64,000 nucleotides of DNA from Spirochaetota bacterium (GCA_963663865.1 OY760686.1:2496001-2560000); one strand, 5' to 3'; positions 38,472-48,910 are shown, numbered from the stretch's first letter. Notes: generated by a model not told the origin, from the letters alone. A program made the numbers and translations.

Positions 38472-38519
38472 CGGCTGCTTTCCCTTACGGAGGGATTTTT
38501 TACCAGGTGAATATGAAAA

Positions 38520-39419
38520 ATGAAATGGAATAAAATTGGACACATCTTCACTCCTGACGGCTCCATCCCCCTCATGAAAACACATGCCTCACTGCCGGTA
38601 GCGGAAAACGTAGACGGCCCTCTATTCAGAATTTACTTCAGCTCAAGAGACGACCTCAACCGTTCGCATACATTCAGCCTTATGTTCGATATAGAAAGCT
38701 TAAAAATTCTGTCGGTTGACATTGAACCGGTACTTTCTCCGGGGGAACCCGGTTTTTTCGATGACTCGGGGGCCATGGCCTCGTGCATTCTCGAAAACGA
38801 AGGCACAAAATACCTCTACTATATAGGCTGGAATCTCGGAGTCAGCGTACCATTCAGAAATGCTATTGGCCTTGCGCTGAGACGCCCGGGGGAAAACATC
38901 TTTACAAAATACTCTGAAGGCCCCATTGTTGACAGAAGTCCGGTTGACCCATGTTTTACCGCCAGCTCATGCGTCCTTTACGTGGGCGGGCTTTTCAGAA
39001 TGTGGTATCTTTCGTGTGTATCATGGCTACCCCGCCACAGATACAATATCAAATACGCTGAATCTGCCGATGGCATCAACTGGCGCCGTAAAGGCATAAC
39101 AGCGATTGACTTTAAAGACGCTGACGAATATGCCATCTCGGTGCCGAGGGTCCTCGTAGAACAGGGCGCTTACGGGATGTGGTTTTCACACCGCGGCACT
39201 CCCGACGCTCCGGCGTATAGAATAGGTTACGCGGAATCAGCTGACGGAATCACGTGGAAAAGAAACGATCAAAAGGCTGGGCTTACAACTTCCGAGTCTG
39301 GATGGGACTCGGATATGGTCTGTTATCCGTTTGTTTTTACCCACAACGGGACAAAATACATGCTTTACAACGGAAACGGTTACGGAGTTACCGGTTTCGG
39401 TTTAGCTGCAGAGGAATAA
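38520..39419 (+). CDS. Five-bladed beta-propeller glycosidase-like protein (GH43/GH130-like), common in glycan clusters
   Basis: GFFDDSG, YLYYIGW, YAESADGINW, WDSDMVCYP, YNGNGYG. Confidence 0.8.
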   Translation: MKWNKIGHIFTPDGSIPLMKTHASLPVAENVDGPLFRIYFSSRDDLNRSHTFSLMFDIESLKILSVDIEPVLSPGEPGFFDDSGAMASCILENEGTKYLYYIGWNLGVSVPFRNAIGLALRRPGENIFTKYSEGPIVDRSPVDPCFTASSCVLYVGGLFRMWYLSCVSWLPRHRYNIKYAESADGINWRRKGITAIDFKDADEYAISVPRVLVEQGAYGMWFSHRGTPDAPAYRIGYAESADGITWKRNDQKAGLTTSESGWDSDMVCYPFVFTHNGTKYMLYNGNGYGVTGFGLAAEE

Positions 39420-39424
39420 TCACA

Positions 39425-40279
39425 ATGACCAGACAACTCCCGAGAAAGCTGTTCATCTGCCCCGAATGCAGATCTTCAAGACTCCGATTCCGCAAGGACC
39501 GGATTACCTGCATGGGCTGTTCTTCTCAGTTTTCCGTAGATAACGGCCGTTACATATTCCTGAAAAATCCTCCTTCCGCCCTTGATTTACTTGACCGTAT
39601 TAAATCAATATTCAAATCGTTTCCCCGGCTCTATTCGTTTATTGTCAGAACTTTCAGCCCTGTTTATTCACCGGACTTTACATCGAGATTTATCAGCGAC
39701 TATATTCAGGACAAATCGCTCGTTTCAATCAACCTCGGAAGCGGAGCCGTCAGTCTTTCAGATAATATGATCGACATAGACTGTGTTCCGTATAAAAACG
39801 TCAGCATCGTGTGCAACATTACGTCGCTTCCTGTTGCCGACTCAAGCGTGGACCGCATTCTCAACTCTGCGGTGCTTGAACATGTCCCCTCGCCCGAGGC
39901 AGCGGTCAATGAAATGTTGAGGATTATGAAACCCGGAGCCGTAATATGCTGTTACATGCCCTTCATTGTAGGCTATCATGCCAGTCCTCATGACTACTCA
40001 AGGCTGACAATCGAAGGCATGCGGCATCTGTTCAAAGATTTCGATATTGTATCACTCGATGTATGCGGCGGACCGACAAGCGGTCTGCTCTGGATTCTCC
40101 AGGAATGGCTTGCTCTTATTCTCTCCTTCGGTTCAAAGAATCTCCACCTTGTCCTTTACATCCTGATAAGCATGCTGACATGGCCAGTTAAGTATATTGA
40201 TGTTATACTCAGAAAACACCCTGCATCAAGGAACATAGCAAGCGGTTTTCTTATAACAGCGAGGAAGCCGTCCCAATGA
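39425..40279 (+). CDS. Class I SAM methyltransferase with N-terminal zinc ribbon
   Basis: CPEC...CMGC; NLGSG; AVLEHV; PF...H.SPHDY; start moved to 39425. Confidence 0.85.
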   Translation: MTRQLPRKLFICPECRSSRLRFRKDRITCMGCSSQFSVDNGRYIFLKNPPSALDLLDRIKSIFKSFPRLYSFIVRTFSPVYSPDFTSRFISDYIQDKSLVSINLGSGAVSLSDNMIDIDCVPYKNVSIVCNITSLPVADSSVDRILNSAVLEHVPSPEAAVNEMLRIMKPGAVICCYMPFIVGYHASPHDYSRLTIEGMRHLFKDFDIVSLDVCGGPTSGLLWILQEWLALILSFGSKNLHLVLYILISMLTWPVKYIDVILRKHPASRNIASGFLITARKPSQ

Positions 40280-41136
40280 TTCTCTGTCCCGAATGCGGCC
40301 TTCCGCTTAATAAAAAGTCATGCAGATGCGGCTTCAAGCTCGCAAAACAAAACGGCGTTTACCGCCTGGCAGCCGGCATTCCACACATCAAACCGGGGTA
40401 CTCGGAGGAAGGGCATATCGTACTCAACTCGTGCGAAGAAAAACACTTCTGGTTTGTCATAAGACGCAGACTTATTTCAGAAGCTGTAAAGCGCTGCCTT
40501 AAGCCAGGCTCGTCTGTGTTCGACGCGGGCTGCGGAACCGGCCGGACAGCAATGGAACTCAGCAAAGCCGGATTTAAGGTAAGCGCCGGAGACATCTTTG
40601 AGCCCGGACTCAGGCTTTCCGCCTCCAGGATACAGGGCCCGGTCTATCAAACCGACATATCAGATCTCCCATTCAGGGAGCATTTCGATTCTGTATGTGC
40701 CTTTGACGTTATTGAGCACTTTAAGGACGATATCGCCCTCATGAAAACTTTTCATTCGGCGCTTAAGCCCGGGGGAATCATCTTTCTGACAGTTCCCGCC
40801 TACCAGTTCCTCTGGAGCCGAGGCGACACTGAAGGCGGGCACGCAAGAAGATATAGCAGAAAAACAGTGAGAAACCTTCTCCGCAATGCCGGCTTTGAGC
40901 CGCTTGAGATACGCTATTTCTATCTATTTATTCTTCCCCTTCTCTTTCTTCGGAAACTTCTGCTCATGTTCAGTCCGAGTGGGCATAAATCCACCGAGAC
41001 CGGTACAGCCATAAATGAGGCAGTCAATGCCATCCTCATGTCAGCCGCACGTTTTGAGCACCGGATATTCCGCCGTAGCGGCCCTCCTGCTGGAGGCAGC
41101 ATCCTGGCAGCAGGCAAAAAAATCGAGGAGCAGTAA
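40276..41136 (+). CDS. Class I SAM methyltransferase
   Basis: EEKHFWF, DAGCGTG, FDVIEH, TVPAYQFLWS, GHARRY. Confidence 0.9.
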   Translation: MILCPECGLPLNKKSCRCGFKLAKQNGVYRLAAGIPHIKPGYSEEGHIVLNSCEEKHFWFVIRRRLISEAVKRCLKPGSSVFDAGCGTGRTAMELSKAGFKVSAGDIFEPGLRLSASRIQGPVYQTDISDLPFREHFDSVCAFDVIEHFKDDIALMKTFHSALKPGGIIFLTVPAYQFLWSRGDTEGGHARRYSRKTVRNLLRNAGFEPLEIRYFYLFILPLLFLRKLLLMFSPSGHKSTETGTAINEAVNAILMSAARFEHRIFRRSGPPAGGSILAAGKKIEEQ

Positions 41137-41140
41137 GCTA

Positions 41141-42274
41141 ATGCAGGTTCCCTTTAACATACCATGTCTGACCGGACTCGAAGAAAAATATCTGCTTGAG
41201 CTGGTCCGGTCAGGACGCTTTTCCGGAGACAACCACTTCACGGCTGAATGCCGGGCACGCCTTAAAGAGCTCTATCCTGATTCAATGCCTCTGCTGACGA
41301 CTTCCGGGACATCCGCCCTCGAAATGGCATGCATCCTCACGGAACTCGGGCCCGGGGATGAGGTTATTCTCCCATCCTACACCTTTTCATCTACAGCAAC
41401 TTGCGTAACAATGAGAGGCGCGGTGCCTGTTTTCGTCGATATCCGCCCCGATACGATGAATATAAATGAGCAACTGATTGAAGACGCGGTTACGGATAAA
41501 ACACGCGCCATAATTCCAGTCCACTATGCCGGCATGCCCTGCGAGATGGACACGATATTGGATATCGCCGCAAAACACGGGCTGACTGTTATTGAGGACG
41601 CGGCACAGGCTGCTCTTTCGTTATATAGAGGAACCCCGGCCGGAGCTATCGGCTCCTTCGGCGCGCTCAGTTTCCATGAGACAAAGAACCTCCAGTGCGG
41701 AGAGGGGGGCGCTCTTCTTGTCAACAGAGAGAAATACTTCGGCAGGGCGGAAATCATCAGAGAAAAAGGTACCGACAGGTCAAAGTACTGGAGAGGAGAG
41801 ATAGACAAGTACTCGTGGGTTGACAACGGATCCTCTTTCCTTCCTTCCGAACTATGCTCAGCCTTTCTTCTCCCGCAGCTTCAGAGCGCTGAAGAAATCA
41901 CGTCGCAGAGAAAAAACTCCTGGCGTCTTTACATAGATGCCTCGCAGGAACTCGTTGAAGCGGGACACATTGAGATTCAGATTATTCCCGAAGGCTGCGA
42001 AACTAACGGCCATATTTTCTACATTAAAACAAGTAATATTCAAGTAAGGGAAAAGCTCATGTCGTTTCTCGAAACAAGAGGAATAGCGTCCGTTTTTCAC
42101 TATGTACCGCTGCACAGCTCAAAGGCCGGAAAACGCTTCGGACGTTTCCACGGAGACGATACTTATACAACAGCCGAAAGCATGAGACTTCTGAGACTCC
42201 CCATGTTCCACGGGATCACCTCCGATCAGATTCAGTACACAGTTGAATCAATTGAGGATTTCTACAGGGCATAA
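41141..42274 (+). CDS. wecE: dTDP-4-amino-4,6-dideoxygalactose transaminase (DegT family)
   Basis: SGTSALEM, VHYAG, IEDAAQ, SFHETKN, REKGTDR, FHYVPLH; start moved to 41141. Confidence 0.92.
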   Translation: MQVPFNIPCLTGLEEKYLLELVRSGRFSGDNHFTAECRARLKELYPDSMPLLTTSGTSALEMACILTELGPGDEVILPSYTFSSTATCVTMRGAVPVFVDIRPDTMNINEQLIEDAVTDKTRAIIPVHYAGMPCEMDTILDIAAKHGLTVIEDAAQAALSLYRGTPAGAIGSFGALSFHETKNLQCGEGGALLVNREKYFGRAEIIREKGTDRSKYWRGEIDKYSWVDNGSSFLPSELCSAFLLPQLQSAEEITSQRKNSWRLYIDASQELVEAGHIEIQIIPEGCETNGHIFYIKTSNIQVREKLMSFLETRGIASVFHYVPLHSSKAGKRFGRFHGDDTYTTAESMRLLRLPMFHGITSDQIQYTVESIEDFYRA

Positions 42275-42371
42275 AGCTCAACAGAAAGCCCGGGGCTTAG
42301 ACCTAAAAATTGCTTTACATACGCATTTATTTTTTTAAAAACTATTGAAAGAACCTGACCGGAGAAAAGCC

Positions 42372-43301
42372 ATGAAAAATAATTCGCTCTCTTTATCATC
42401 TGCCGTTCTGACTCTCATACTGACCGCATCATGCGCCGGGCCTCAGATAAGCGGCTTTACCGGAGAAGCGCCGGGCCCCGCAAGGGCTCTTAAAAGCACA
42501 CCGGTCTACTCAGAACCGAACAGATCATCAAAGATTATAAGCACAGTCCGGGAAGGCTCGCGCCTTGATGTTGTTTCAAATACGAAAATCAGGGCCTCCC
42601 TCTTCGGAGTAAGCGGGTACTGGCTGACCGTCAAAACCATGAACGGCCTGAAGGGATACGTCTTCGGAGCAGGTATTGAACCTGCGCTTCCACAGGGAAA
42701 TCCAGACGATACTTTCAGACAGTTTTTCCCTGATTGTCCCGGCTCGGCGGAAAACTCAAGCGAATGCGCTTCAATAATGGAAAAGAAGCTTATTGCAGAG
42801 AACCCGAAGCTCTTCATCCGCTCGAAAGGCACTCTCGAACTGAGACTAAGCCGCGGGAAAAAGGCTGTTTACAGGGACAACAAAGTCAACTCTGAAGCCT
42901 ACGCTGCTTCATTTCTTTCAGGGTACTACCAGGACTTTAAACTGGCCCTTGTTCTTCTACAGGGATATGAATCCCTTAATTTCGAACTTGTGCACATGGA
43001 AAGCGGAAGAAAAATCAGGCTGAGTGGACGTCCCGTCTTTTCACCCGACTCCTCGAGATTTACTGCAGTCAGCATGGACCTTGAAGCAGGCTACATCGAC
43101 AACAGGATTGAGATTGTACGCGTTGCCAGAGGCTCATTTATAAAGGAGTTAAGCAGGGATTTATCCTGGGGACCTTCTTCAGCTCAGTGGACTTCCGACA
43201 AAGAACTCCGCCTTACAAGGTGGGACCGTACTTCCAACGGTTTTCTGAAGTTCAGCTCATTCGCTGTAATTGAAGATAATGGATGGGTTCTTTACGAATA
43301 A
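42372..43301 (+). CDS. SH3b-domain lipoprotein
   Basis: Lipobox TASC; VYSEP...W..V....GLKGYVFG SH3b pattern; start moved to 42372 after a GGAGA RBS. Confidence 0.7.
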   Translation: MKNNSLSLSSAVLTLILTASCAGPQISGFTGEAPGPARALKSTPVYSEPNRSSKIISTVREGSRLDVVSNTKIRASLFGVSGYWLTVKTMNGLKGYVFGAGIEPALPQGNPDDTFRQFFPDCPGSAENSSECASIMEKKLIAENPKLFIRSKGTLELRLSRGKKAVYRDNKVNSEAYAASFLSGYYQDFKLALVLLQGYESLNFELVHMESGRKIRLSGRPVFSPDSSRFTAVSMDLEAGYIDNRIEIVRVARGSFIKELSRDLSWGPSSAQWTSDKELRLTRWDRTSNGFLKFSSFAVIEDNGWVLYE

Positions 43302-43411
43302 ACAGTCAACCTTAATTGTCACGCGGCAATTCGTCACATAAATACCGCTTTGTCATAGACAGATTATTCAGGCATCAATAAGCCGGAAATCAGAGCGATA
43401 CAGGATCAGAC

Positions 43412-44221
43412 ATGATATCAGACAATGTATTATTCGCCCTTGGAGTTACTGCCGTAGCCGGACTTGCAACCGGCATAGGCAGCGCGATGGCATTTCTCGC
43501 CAAGAAGTTCAATCCGAAGTTTCTGGCCCTTTCGCTGGGCTTTTCAGCGGGAGTCATGATTTACGTCTCGCTTATCGAAATATTCGTTAAGGCAAAGGAC
43601 GCCCTCACCGTGATTTACGGCGACCGCCCTGGTTACTGGATAACCGTCATAGCCTTTTTCGCGGGAATAGGCCTGATTGCCCTCATAGATAATCTGGTTC
43701 CATCCCACGAAAACCCGCATGAAATGAAACAGGTCAAGTGCTGCGGCGATGAGTCCTTCCAGCCCGATAAAAAGCTCATGAGGATGGGGCTCTTTTCTGC
43801 CCTGGCAATAGGCATTCACAACTTCCCTGAAGGCATAGCAACTTTCATGTCGGCGCTGCATGACCCCGCGATGGGAATCAGCATCGGAGCCGCTATCATG
43901 ATCCACAACATACCGGAAGGCATAGCCGTCTCTGTACCCATTTACTACGCGACCAGAAGCCGCAGGAAGGCCTTCACTCTGTCATTTCTTTCCGGGTTGG
44001 CCGAGCCCGTCGGCGCCCTCATAGGCTTTGCCCTTATCAACACCTTCTTTTCCGAAGATATCTTCGGTCTGGTATTCGCGGCGGTAGCCGGTATCATGGT
44101 GTATATTTCACTCGACGAGCTGATGCCTACCGCAGAGGAATACGGCGAGCATCATATAGCTATAGGAGGCCTCATTGCCGGTATGGCGGTTATGGCTGTG
44201 AGCTTGATACTTTTTTCCTGA
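43412..44221 (+). CDS. zupT: ZIP-family zinc transporter ZupT
   Basis: [40 protein letters not shown]. Confidence 0.95.
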   Translation: MISDNVLFALGVTAVAGLATGIGSAMAFLAKKFNPKFLALSLGFSAGVMIYVSLIEIFVKAKDALTVIYGDRPGYWITVIAFFAGIGLIALIDNLVPSHENPHEMKQVKCCGDESFQPDKKLMRMGLFSALAIGIHNFPEGIATFMSALHDPAMGISIGAAIMIHNIPEGIAVSVPIYYATRSRRKAFTLSFLSGLAEPVGALIGFALINTFFSEDIFGLVFAAVAGIMVYISLDELMPTAEEYGEHHIAIGGLIAGMAVMAVSLILFS

Positions 44222-44259
44222 GCCAGATTTCTTTATACTGAATTGCTGGAGATAAAAAC

Positions 44260-45192
44260 ATGTTCACTTCATTTTTAAAAAAAACCCTGTTGTCCGCGGC
44301 ATCGGCAACCTTCATCATGAACGCCGCCGGGGCTCAGTCAATTGACCTTAATCCTTCGTCCAGGGCAATTGACGGCATTTCAAACACAGCATCATCAATA
44401 ATATCCGACAGCTTCGTTCCCATGACGCATTATAAGGAGGGGGATATTAACATAAGCGCTGTTCCCGCTTATTTCAGAGTCGACCGTGCCTATGACAGTC
44501 CGGGCGTTTCCGGCGACGATCTCAGCGGATATGCGGCAGGACTCGGCGCGGGATACGCTCACAGCAGCCGCCTGATGTTTTACGGTATAGCCGGTTTTAT
44601 GAGGATAACCGGAGGCCTTGAGTCAGCCTTTTATACGGGGCTTACAGATGAATCCTTCAAAATGGACACAGAGTACAGCGTGGTTTCATTAAACGCAGGC
44701 GCCGGATACGACCTGGTCGAAAACGATTGCTTTTCAATCCCTGTCTACCTCGGCCTTTCTTTCCAGTACTACAGCGGATCTGGGAAGCTTCCATCTTACA
44801 GCGCCTTCAACAGCACAGCATCGCTTTCCGTTGAAAGCTCAGGACTTCTTGCGGGGATCTCAGCCGGCATAGCCCCTTCCTATAAGCTGATGGATACGTT
44901 TGTATTCACCCCGTACTTTCTGTACACCTTCAGCTTCAACTCAGCCGAATCAGAGGCCAGGACCGAATTGAGCGGCACCATTTCGCAAAGAGATGAACAC
45001 GGCCTTGGCACATCGCCGTTCAGAAAGGGAATGATCGGCTTCGCATTTACCTGGAAAAGCTCGCGCAGTCTCTCATTTTCAGTTTCGGCAGGCGGCTGGA
45101 TCAGAGACGCGGGCTCCTGGTACAATGATGAGTTTCTTAACGGCCTGGAAATGAAATCTGCCGTAGTTGCAGTATCGTACAGTGTTCGTTAG
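44260..45192 (+). CDS. Putative outer-membrane beta-barrel protein
   Basis: Signal peptide; many amphipathic strands rich in G/Y/F; C-terminal VAVSYS strand. Confidence 0.6.
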   Translation: MFTSFLKKTLLSAASATFIMNAAGAQSIDLNPSSRAIDGISNTASSIISDSFVPMTHYKEGDINISAVPAYFRVDRAYDSPGVSGDDLSGYAAGLGAGYAHSSRLMFYGIAGFMRITGGLESAFYTGLTDESFKMDTEYSVVSLNAGAGYDLVENDCFSIPVYLGLSFQYYSGSGKLPSYSAFNSTASLSVESSGLLAGISAGIAPSYKLMDTFVFTPYFLYTFSFNSAESEARTELSGTISQRDEHGLGTSPFRKGMIGFAFTWKSSRSLSFSVSAGGWIRDAGSWYNDEFLNGLEMKSAVVAVSYSVR

Positions 45193-45227
45193 CAGACAGC
45201 TAAAAATAATACGCATAAAACATCCCC

Positions 45228-45316
45228 GAGTTTGCTTCATTCCCCCGGTCAGCAAGCAAACTCAGGCCTCTGATAATTCATAAGCGGCTCTGGAGGCCGC
45301 TTATGTAATTTTTTTT
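45228..45316. terminator. Tandem hairpins between convergent genes
   Basis: GAGTTTGCTT...AAGCAAACTC (45228-45263) and CATAAGCGGC...GCCGCTTATG (45279-45305) followed by a T-run. Confidence 0.7.
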
Positions 45317-45324
45317 GATTTAAA

Positions 45325-46533
45325 CTACCCTATCCTGTCAGCAAGTTCTCTGACGGCGGCCCTTGTTTTTTCAAGGTCATCCTCAGTTGGATTGCCTTTA
45401 AATGTTACGCTTTTCCCGAAGCTCCAGCCGAGCTTGTAGCTTTCAACAATCTCATTGAGCTCCTTCTCGGCTCCACCCGACCATCCGTATGAGCCGACAT
45501 AGAGGGCCTTCCTTTTTTCAATTTTCTTCCTTCCAATATCGTCAATCACGGCTGCCATGGGCGGGAACATCTTGTACTCATAGGTCGGTGCGGCTATGAT
45601 AACTCCCCTGGCCCTTAAAACCGCGGGAAGCACAAATGAAACATGCGTCTCGGGAATATTCAAAGCTTCAAACCTGACACCGAGCCTGGTCAGCTCATCC
45701 TTTATTACAGCGGTTGCCTTATCCGTGCTTCCATACATGCTTGAATACAGAAGCGTGATGCTGTCCCCGGCATTCCCTTTTGACCACTCTGTAAACCTGG
45801 CAAAGAGTCCCTTTACATAGTCAGGGTCTGAGGCAAAAACCGTCCCGTGAGCGGGTGCTATGACCCTCACATTGCGGTCTGCAAAAACGTCGAGGCCTTT
45901 CGCTACAAAGCCGTGAAACGCGCCAAGAATGTTTGCATAATATCTGAGCGCCTCTTCCTTGTAAAGCGGAAGGCTTTCCGCGTAAAACTCGGGCGTGTCG
46001 GTATGGGGGAATATTCCGTACGCCCCGTAGCCGTCACATGTAAAAAGAGTGCCTGTAGTCCTTTCGAGCGTAAACATTGTCTCAGGCCAGTGTATATTCG
46101 GAGCCATCTGGAACTCGAGTTCCGCGCCTCCAAGTTCAAGCACATCGCCGTTTTTAACGGCCATGGTTCTGTAGCTGTCTCCGTAGAATGCCTTCGCAAG
46201 CTCAAGGCCCTTCGCGCTCGAGACCAGAGTAAAATCAGAGTGTATCTTCACGAAGGACTCAAGCCAGCCCGTGTGGTCAGGCTCAAGGTGGTTGAAGACG
46301 ACATAGTCAATGTCCTCAGGCTTCATGTCCGCTTCCGCGAGCGCTTCGTACAGGGTTTCAGGAACCCCGTCCCAGCCGCATACACCGTCAATCACAGCGC
46401 AGAAGTTATCACCCTTTACGAGATATGAGTTCATCATCACCCCGTGAGGCACCGGCCAGATGCTCTCGAAGAGAAAATCAGAAGCGGTAGCTGTTATCTT
46501 ATAAACCGAATCGTTAATTTTATGTAGTTTCAT
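45325..46533 (-). CDS. fprA: Flavodiiron protein (FprA family; O2/NO reductase)
   Basis: NHLEPDH, HWPETM, YYANI, APAHG, flavodoxin SMYGST and GSYGWSG. Confidence 0.9.
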   Translation of the reverse strand: MKLHKINDSVYKITATASDFLFESIWPVPHGVMMNSYLVKGDNFCAVIDGVCGWDGVPETLYEALAEADMKPEDIDYVVFNHLEPDHTGWLESFVKIHSDFTLVSSAKGLELAKAFYGDSYRTMAVKNGDVLELGGAELEFQMAPNIHWPETMFTLERTTGTLFTCDGYGAYGIFPHTDTPEFYAESLPLYKEEALRYYANILGAFHGFVAKGLDVFADRNVRVIAPAHGTVFASDPDYVKGLFARFTEWSKGNAGDSITLLYSSMYGSTDKATAVIKDELTRLGVRFEALNIPETHVSFVLPAVLRARGVIIAAPTYEYKMFPPMAAVIDDIGRKKIEKRKALYVGSYGWSGGAEKELNEIVESYKLGWSFGKSVTFKGNPTEDDLEKTRAAVRELADRIG

Positions 46534-46614
46534 TTTTTCCCCTTACTCATGAAATTTATATACTCTAAGAATCCCCGCAGCTTCAACGCAATGCGGGTTC
46601 CCTGAATGACTGTT

Positions 46615-48726
46615 TTACCTTGCCGTCTCAAAATCACGCGGATCTATCAGATCGGGCCTGGATGCAAGCTTGCCGTCAAGGGCTTTAACAGCCACAGCAC
46701 GCCAGGCATCGAACTCCGGAAGGGACGCCGACCTGTATAGAAAATACCTCAGCTGAAGCTTCCACTTTGCATCACCCTTATCCGGCGCGTTTTTATCCCC
46801 CCCTAAAGAAGGCCAGGACGACGAAATGCCGTAATTATAGACGGTAGCAAGCCCGAATGGATCGTTGCCGAGGTTCATGCTCAGCCAGTGTATGGCTGAC
46901 CTTTCGTCTCCGCTTTTCCAGAGATAAGATACTGCGCTGTTAGTCACATCGGCAAGAAGTTTCTTGCTGACATGCGACCTTTCGCCTGTCTCAACAAGTA
47001 GTTTGAAAGCCCCTTCGACAGCGCCTTTTCGATAAAGCTCTGAGGCCTTTATGCTGGCCGAGGCCCCTTCTGTAATCACTTCAAATTTGGAACCGTTATA
47101 ATTCTTCTTCATTCCCATGAGAATAGCGCGCGCCCCGGCGAGATCGCCGATTCCTGAAGCGAAGAGGCAGGCGTCCCTCGCATTCTCAATGTTCCTGATA
47201 TTGGAAATATTATCAGCAGGCAGCGGAAGCGAGTGTGAAAGCTTTATCTCCCTCCTGACAAACACCGCACCCGATGGACCGTAGAAAGCTGTCTTCCACT
47301 CCGGCGCCGATTCGAAGTACCTCATAAGCTGCCTGTCTGTGTACAATACATTTATAACATCAAAAGGCCTTTTGGACAGAAATGCGTCAACCCTGCCCCT
47401 CGAAGCGAATCCTATGTAATCCTGAAACCACCCGGCAAAAGGGAAATAGCGCGGATCAATCATTATGGGCGTTTCGGGCGCCAGCCTCCAGAGCATGTAG
47501 CCGCCGTTGTTGTATACATTCCCGATACGGTAATCGCGCAGGTTGGCGGCTATATATTCAGTCTCCGCCTCTGAGTTGACATAGGAGTTACCGAGCCCGA
47601 ACCATCCTCCATCGTAGGGTTTAGCTGCCGCCCTGTAAACCGAATACGCGCCGAAAAGCAGCGCAATCAATGAGGCGGCAATAAGCGGGACAGCCGGTTT
47701 CTTTTTGAATTTTACATGTCCCCCATCCGGATCAATTGCGAAAAGGGCCCCAAAGGCGAATATCGGCCCCCAGAAAAACATTGTCCTCTGAAAGACCGCG
47801 TAGAGTACACCGTAAAAGATTACAGTCAGAAACAGTGCCGCGTCGATCCTGCGTCCCCTTCCGAACAAAAAGACCGCTATCAGAAGGAGCATCACAGTTA
47901 TACCGAGCAGAGCCATTGAAACCGGATCGCCGGCTGAACTCCTGTAGGCTATTATTGCCCTGAGCCCGAGATCGTAGCTCCCTCCGGAAAGCTCGGATGC
48001 CAGCTGAAGCGGATACTTCCAGCCGTAGGGTGTAACAGCGGAGGAAGCAAAGGACAAGAACACAGCAATGGCAAGGTTCCTTCTTTTTGTGGAGCCCATA
48101 ACGGCAGCCGGATTTAGTTTTGAATTAATGATATCGCCGGCCAGAAAAAGCGCGGCGAACGGGAGGCCGAATATGAAAGCGCCGTGGCTGTTCACCCATA
48201 ACACAAACACAAGGGGCAGAAAGAAGAATCCCCGGCCGGAAGAGTCCTCATCAGCTCTCACTTTATAAAGTATAAAAACGATGAGTGACATGAACAAAAA
48301 TGAAAACATGTCCGGCTTTATCTGCGCTGAAGACGAGGATGCGGCAAGAAGAGCAGCTGCTGCCAGCGGGGCCGTAATTGGATAAAATAACAGCTTCCTT
48401 TTTTTCGCAAAAAGCATGACCAGCAGAATGAAACATGCCGGTATGAGATATCTCAGGGCGGAAAGGAGCTTCATCCCCCCGACGTTGTAAGACCAGTACA
48501 TCAGAAGCTCGGGAATCCACGCGCAGTATATTGTGTCATTTGAAGCCGGGGTCCATGTATACGCTGAGTGGTCCGGTATCAGGCTGCAGCTGCTCGCCAT
48601 GGCGCGTCCGTAAGCCATGTGCCACCAGGTGTCCCCATCCCCCACAGGAGAAGTGTAAGCTGAAATAATAATCGAAATGATTGATACAGCAAAAAATACA
48701 GCGTATATCTTCGATGCCGTTTTCAT
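46615..48726 (-). CDS. Polytopic membrane protein, probable GT-C-fold glycosyltransferase
   Basis: DGDTWWH..G after TM1, about 11 TMs, LWVNSHG, TPYG, NNGGY...IDPR, helical C-terminal extension. Confidence 0.65.
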   Translation of the reverse strand: MKTASKIYAVFFAVSIISIIISAYTSPVGDGDTWWHMAYGRAMASSCSLIPDHSAYTWTPASNDTIYCAWIPELLMYWSYNVGGMKLLSALRYLIPACFILLVMLFAKKRKLLFYPITAPLAAAALLAASSSSAQIKPDMFSFLFMSLIVFILYKVRADEDSSGRGFFFLPLVFVLWVNSHGAFIFGLPFAALFLAGDIINSKLNPAAVMGSTKRRNLAIAVFLSFASSAVTPYGWKYPLQLASELSGGSYDLGLRAIIAYRSSAGDPVSMALLGITVMLLLIAVFLFGRGRRIDAALFLTVIFYGVLYAVFQRTMFFWGPIFAFGALFAIDPDGGHVKFKKKPAVPLIAASLIALLFGAYSVYRAAAKPYDGGWFGLGNSYVNSEAETEYIAANLRDYRIGNVYNNGGYMLWRLAPETPIMIDPRYFPFAGWFQDYIGFASRGRVDAFLSKRPFDVINVLYTDRQLMRYFESAPEWKTAFYGPSGAVFVRREIKLSHSLPLPADNISNIRNIENARDACLFASGIGDLAGARAILMGMKKNYNGSKFEVITEGASASIKASELYRKGAVEGAFKLLVETGERSHVSKKLLADVTNSAVSYLWKSGDERSAIHWLSMNLGNDPFGLATVYNYGISSSWPSLGGDKNAPDKGDAKWKLQLRYFLYRSASLPEFDAWRAVAVKALDGKLASRPDLIDPRDFETAR

Positions 48727-48849
48727 TTAAGTTAACCTCTATCCATTGCGGCCGGGCCCGACACGTTAAGTTCTAATCTATGATCTGCCTATCCGGCTGA
48801 AATGATGTCAAGCAGCTATTTTTAAATACTTATGACATAAGGACTTTAA

Positions 48850-48865
48850 AACGGACGCGTCCGTT
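48850..48865. promoter_or_regulatory. Perfect 16-bp palindrome, operator-like
   Basis: AACGGACG|CGTCCGTT, between divergent TTGACA boxes at 48806-48811 (-) and 48883-48888 (+). Confidence 0.55.
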
Positions 48866-48882
48866 CATTTTTTCAAAAAGTA

Positions 48883-48910
48883 TTGACAGCTTATTATATA
48901 AGTGTATACA
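48883..48910 (+). promoter_or_regulatory. Putative sigma-70 promoter of the fadL-like gene
   Basis: TTGACA-N16-TATACA in an AT-rich intergenic region. Confidence 0.5.
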
